Part shown: positions 46,954 through 49,265 of the stretch, in pieces
Numbering within the stretch: position 1 is the stretch's first letter
Layout of the letters: each line of letters begins with the position of its first letter
NCBI GenBank assembly: GCA_018716225.1
Contig: DVKE01000011.1
Coordinates: 1 to 49,265, forward strand
Reading direction: 5' to 3'
Length of the DNA stretch: 49,265 nucleotides
Source: Candidatus Onthousia faecigallinarum
Lineage (GTDB): Bacteria > Bacillota_I > Bacilli_A > RF39 > UBA660
Notes under the pieces: model-generated
What the model saw: the letters and a program-made list of their open reading frames with translations, nothing else
Database searches by the model: none
What the model was told of the DNA's origin: nothing
Program-made: the position numbers and the translations under genes

Positions 46954-48132
46954 TTATAAAATCTTTTTTAAATTTTCTTTTTCTTGAAAAGAAGTTTCTG
47001 ACAAATTCTCTTGAAATAAGGAATCATAACGAAAAATAGCAAACCCTCGATAATGAGATAATTCTCGACTTGTTAAAACTTCTCTCATAATAATATCACT
47101 TGATAAAAGCCATTCTTCTTGACCACTTTTCGCATATTGATCAAATTCTCCAGTCTTATAAAAAGCAAGAGCTGGTAGAAACATAACACTCTCTTCCGTA
47201 ATGAGATCATTCCATTCTCTTACTGTATTAATAAAAGGCTTCGTCTCATTTTCAAAACCAAAATAGATCTGTGGCATCAAATAATCCACATAACCCTTCT
47301 TACTAGCGAAAAGTCTCGTATCAATATAATTTTGACTATAATTATTCTCGATATTTCCTTCCGGACTAATTCCAAATAATAAATTTTTCCCTTCTTTTTT
47401 TACAAGACGATAAGTATTTCGAATAAACTTCGTTGTCACTCCTAAACGAAATTTTTGTAAGGTAAGAGTTGAATCTTTTCTTTTCGCTTCTTCATAGTTC
47501 TGCTCATCAATCTTATCATCTGGATAAAAATAGTCATCAAAATGAATCCCATCTACTTCATAATTATCTAAAATTTCTTTGATTCCTTTTAATATCAATT
47601 CTTCTACCTCTTCTTCGGCAGGATTATAAAAGATCCCTTTTTCTGTTTCTTTTACTAAATTCGTACCCAACCAAAGAAAAGCCGGATTCTCTTCTGTTAT
47701 TTCACTTTTATCTTTTAAACGAATACGATAAGGATTGATCCAAGCATGTAATTCCAACTTTCTTTTATGAGCCGCTTCCACAAAATATTCTAAAACATCA
47801 AAAGGAAGAGGATCCCCCTCTTTCGCAACTACTGTTTTACTACTTGGATAAATATCGGAAGGATAAATCGCATCAGAAAAACTTCTTACCTGCAACAAAA
47901 CCATATTAAAACCATATTCTTTCATATTGTCTAACATATCATCAATATTATTCATAGCCTCAGCTTTTTCTTTTCCTTTAATATATTTAGAAAGTTCAAT
48001 ATAAGAAACAAAAACAGCTCTTTGCTCTTCTTCCATATTTTCTTCCTCCTTATCTCCGGGAATAAGAAAAAAAATCAAAATCAACAAACTCAAGATTCCC
48101 AAAAGAAATTTATAAGAAAGAAAAGGCCTCAT
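46954..48132 (-). CDS. Glycosyl hydrolase-like 10 (GHL10; YngK/YddW-like), membrane-anchored
   Basis: RAVFVSY, LLQVRSFSDAIYPS, ELHAWINPYR, VDGIHFDDYFYP, FGISP, DYLMPQIY. Confidence 0.9.
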   Translation of the reverse strand: MRPFLSYKFLLGILSLLILIFFLIPGDKEEENMEEEQRAVFVSYIELSKYIKGKEKAEAMNNIDDMLDNMKEYGFNMVLLQVRSFSDAIYPSDIYPSSKTVVAKEGDPLPFDVLEYFVEAAHKRKLELHAWINPYRIRLKDKSEITEENPAFLWLGTNLVKETEKGIFYNPAEEEVEELILKGIKEILDNYEVDGIHFDDYFYPDDKIDEQNYEEAKRKDSTLTLQKFRLGVTTKFIRNTYRLVKKEGKNLLFGISPEGNIENNYSQNYIDTRLFASKKGYVDYLMPQIYFGFENETKPFINTVREWNDLITEESVMFLPALAFYKTGEFDQYAKSGQEEWLLSSDIIMREVLTSRELSHYRGFAIFRYDSLFQENLSETSFQEKENLKKIL

Positions 48133-48180
48133 TCTATCACCAAAAAGATAGTATCAAACAAAAAGGAAATATTTTGTCGT

Positions 48181-48828
48181 TTAAGAAATACAGTCACTAT
48201 TTTTTATAATAAAAAGTTGATGATCTCGATAAAAAGCATAAAACACTTCTTCTAAAGCTACCCCTTTAAACGATAACATATCAAGCAACCAATTCTTACT
48301 TCTTTTTATTTGTTTTAAAGTATCCTCTTGTATCTCTCCATCCAAAATAATTGCTAAAGGATATGGACCACTTTTACCTTGTTGCTTTAAAAAAACACTA
48401 AGCTTTCCACTCGTTTCTAATATCGCATAATCCACCTCTTCTAAACTTTTCACTTCCCGTGCTCGTAATTGGGTTAAAAGATCATCTAAGTTATACCGCT
48501 GTTTCATCATTTCTTTAAAATTGACTATCCCCCGATTGACAATCACAGAAGGCTCTCCGTCCATAAAATTTCTTACTTTCCCATTCTTTAAAGAGATACG
48601 AGCAAAAAAGATTTGTAAAAAGACGAGTATTCCAATCGGAAGAAGACTTAGAAAAATACTGCTATCAATCTGTTCAATATTCATAGCCGCCAATTCCGCA
48701 ATTAAAATGGAGACAATTAAATCAACAATACTTAATTCTCCTACCTCTCTTTTCCCCATAAAACGATAAACTAAAACAATAATCCAATAAAAAAACAAAG
48801 TTTTTAAAAGAACAAACAAAAAATCCAT
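48181..48828 (-). CDS. DUF421 (YetF/YrbG-like) membrane protein
   Basis: RFMGKREVGELSIVD, GEPSVIV, QLR..EV, AILETSGKLSV, IILDGEI. Confidence 0.9.
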   Translation of the reverse strand: MDFLFVLLKTLFFYWIIVLVYRFMGKREVGELSIVDLIVSILIAELAAMNIEQIDSSIFLSLLPIGILVFLQIFFARISLKNGKVRNFMDGEPSVIVNRGIVNFKEMMKQRYNLDDLLTQLRAREVKSLEEVDYAILETSGKLSVFLKQQGKSGPYPLAIILDGEIQEDTLKQIKRSKNWLLDMLSFKGVALEEVFYAFYRDHQLFIIKNSDCIS

Positions 48829-48844
48829 GGCTATCACCTAAAAA

Positions 48845-48873
48845 TAGTATTCGTAAAAAGGAAAAAAATATAC
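48845..48873 (-). promoter_or_regulatory. Putative sigma-G-type promoter of the DUF421 gene
   Basis: - strand GTATA-N17-AATACTA followed by TTTTTAGG. Confidence 0.45.
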
Positions 48874-48924
48874 CAAAAATTCCCAATAAACAACAAAAAA
48901 ATGAAAAATAAATATTTTTCATAA

Positions 48925-49265
48925 GAATTCCTGACGGAATTCCTTTTTTTATGTTATTTAATGCTATCATCATAATAGTGATGTAGTATGTTTAGAGATA
49001 ATAATATAATTGAAATAGATAAGCCTTGTATATCTGAACAAGAATTTATAGAGTTTATGTTAGAACGTGACTATAATGAGAATATGTTTAATAAAGATGG
49101 AACTCTTAATAAGAATTATAGTTCTTCTAAAGTTACTGGCCTTATTTCTACTATCTTAGAAGATTACTCTGATGAATTCTTTAATAAATATGGTGATCAG
49201 ATAAATAAATATAGACCTAATGCTTATATTGAAATTAAAAAAGTCATTGATTGTCATAATAAAAA
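48925..49265 (+). mobile_element. Probable left end of an IS91-family element (truncated by window end)
   Basis: GAATTCC-TGAC-GGAATTC hairpin at 48925..48942, abrupt shift to AT-rich DNA, then a transposase-like ORF. Confidence 0.45.
48988..49265 (+). CDS. Partial ORF, likely IS91-family transposase N-terminus (start of the zinc-binding domain)
   Basis: Manual translation MFRDNN...ILEDYSDEFFNKYGDQINKYRPNAYIEIKKVIDCHNK; open to the window edge. The IxxD...F...RP....I.K.I.C pattern resembles Firmicutes IS91 transposases. Confidence 0.55.
   Translation, partial: MFRDNNIIEIDKPCISEQEFIEFMLERDYNENMFNKDGTLNKNYSSSKVTGLISTILEDYSDEFFNKYGDQINKYRPNAYIEIKKVIDCHNK

Noticed and set aside
2764..48769. Numerous short + strand and alternate-frame ORFs (e.g. 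41548..41991, 25887..26312, 39430..39702, 30394..30705)
   Set aside because: They are antisense or out-of-frame shadows of well-supported genes, lack an RBS and have shadow-like composition.
48722..48973. 83-aa - strand ORF
   Set aside because: It overlaps the DUF421 gene out of frame and spans its promoter and the hairpin; the Phe-rich composition reflects A/T tracts.
1..49265. Complete DGR, prophage or ICE
   Set aside because: No reverse transcriptase, template repeat, integrase, relaxase or phage structural gene was seen in the window.
1..49265. tRNA/rRNA genes or riboswitches
   Set aside because: Intergenic regions are short and AT-rich; no cloverleaf or T-box/riboswitch signature was recognised by eye. 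An Infernal scan would be needed to exclude them fully.

Overview
Chromosomal segment of a low-GC Bacilli-type (Firmicutes) bacterium, probably an uncultured, genome-reduced RF39/Erysipelotrichales-like lineage (inferred from gene content). Code 11 applies, since TGA is used as a stop in ATGA overlaps. Almost all genes are on the - strand. The housekeeping backbone is rimM (partial), TrmH methylase, ftsK, ftsZ/ftsA, topA, rnhB, yqeY, recD2, mtaB, greA, dGTPase, the U32 tRNA-hydroxylation pair, parE/parC and nfo. Surface-fibre genes are interspersed: prepilin peptidase, PilC, three pilin-signal proteins, and three TasA/SipW-type signal proteins plus a decayed relic of a fourth. Most notable: (1) The topoisomerase IV locus carries two apparent insertions. 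One is a class II Fic gene bracketed by a perfect 80-bp direct repeat containing a terminator, a sigma-A promoter and an RBS. The other is a cytoplasmic WCTA-domain protein with eight hypervariable 63-bp LRR-like repeats, sitting between parE and parC. (2) An intact in-frame dockerin lies behind the TGA stop of a DUF6273-like adhesin. (3) A HerA/VirD4-like ATPase overlaps a Cys-rich solenoid gene. (4) Sporulation sigma-factor-like promoters (sigE, sigG x2, sigK) precede spore-type genes. (5) A probable IS91-family transposase is cut by the right edge. No tRNA, rRNA or CRISPR array was seen. Family assignments come from motif recognition, not database searches.
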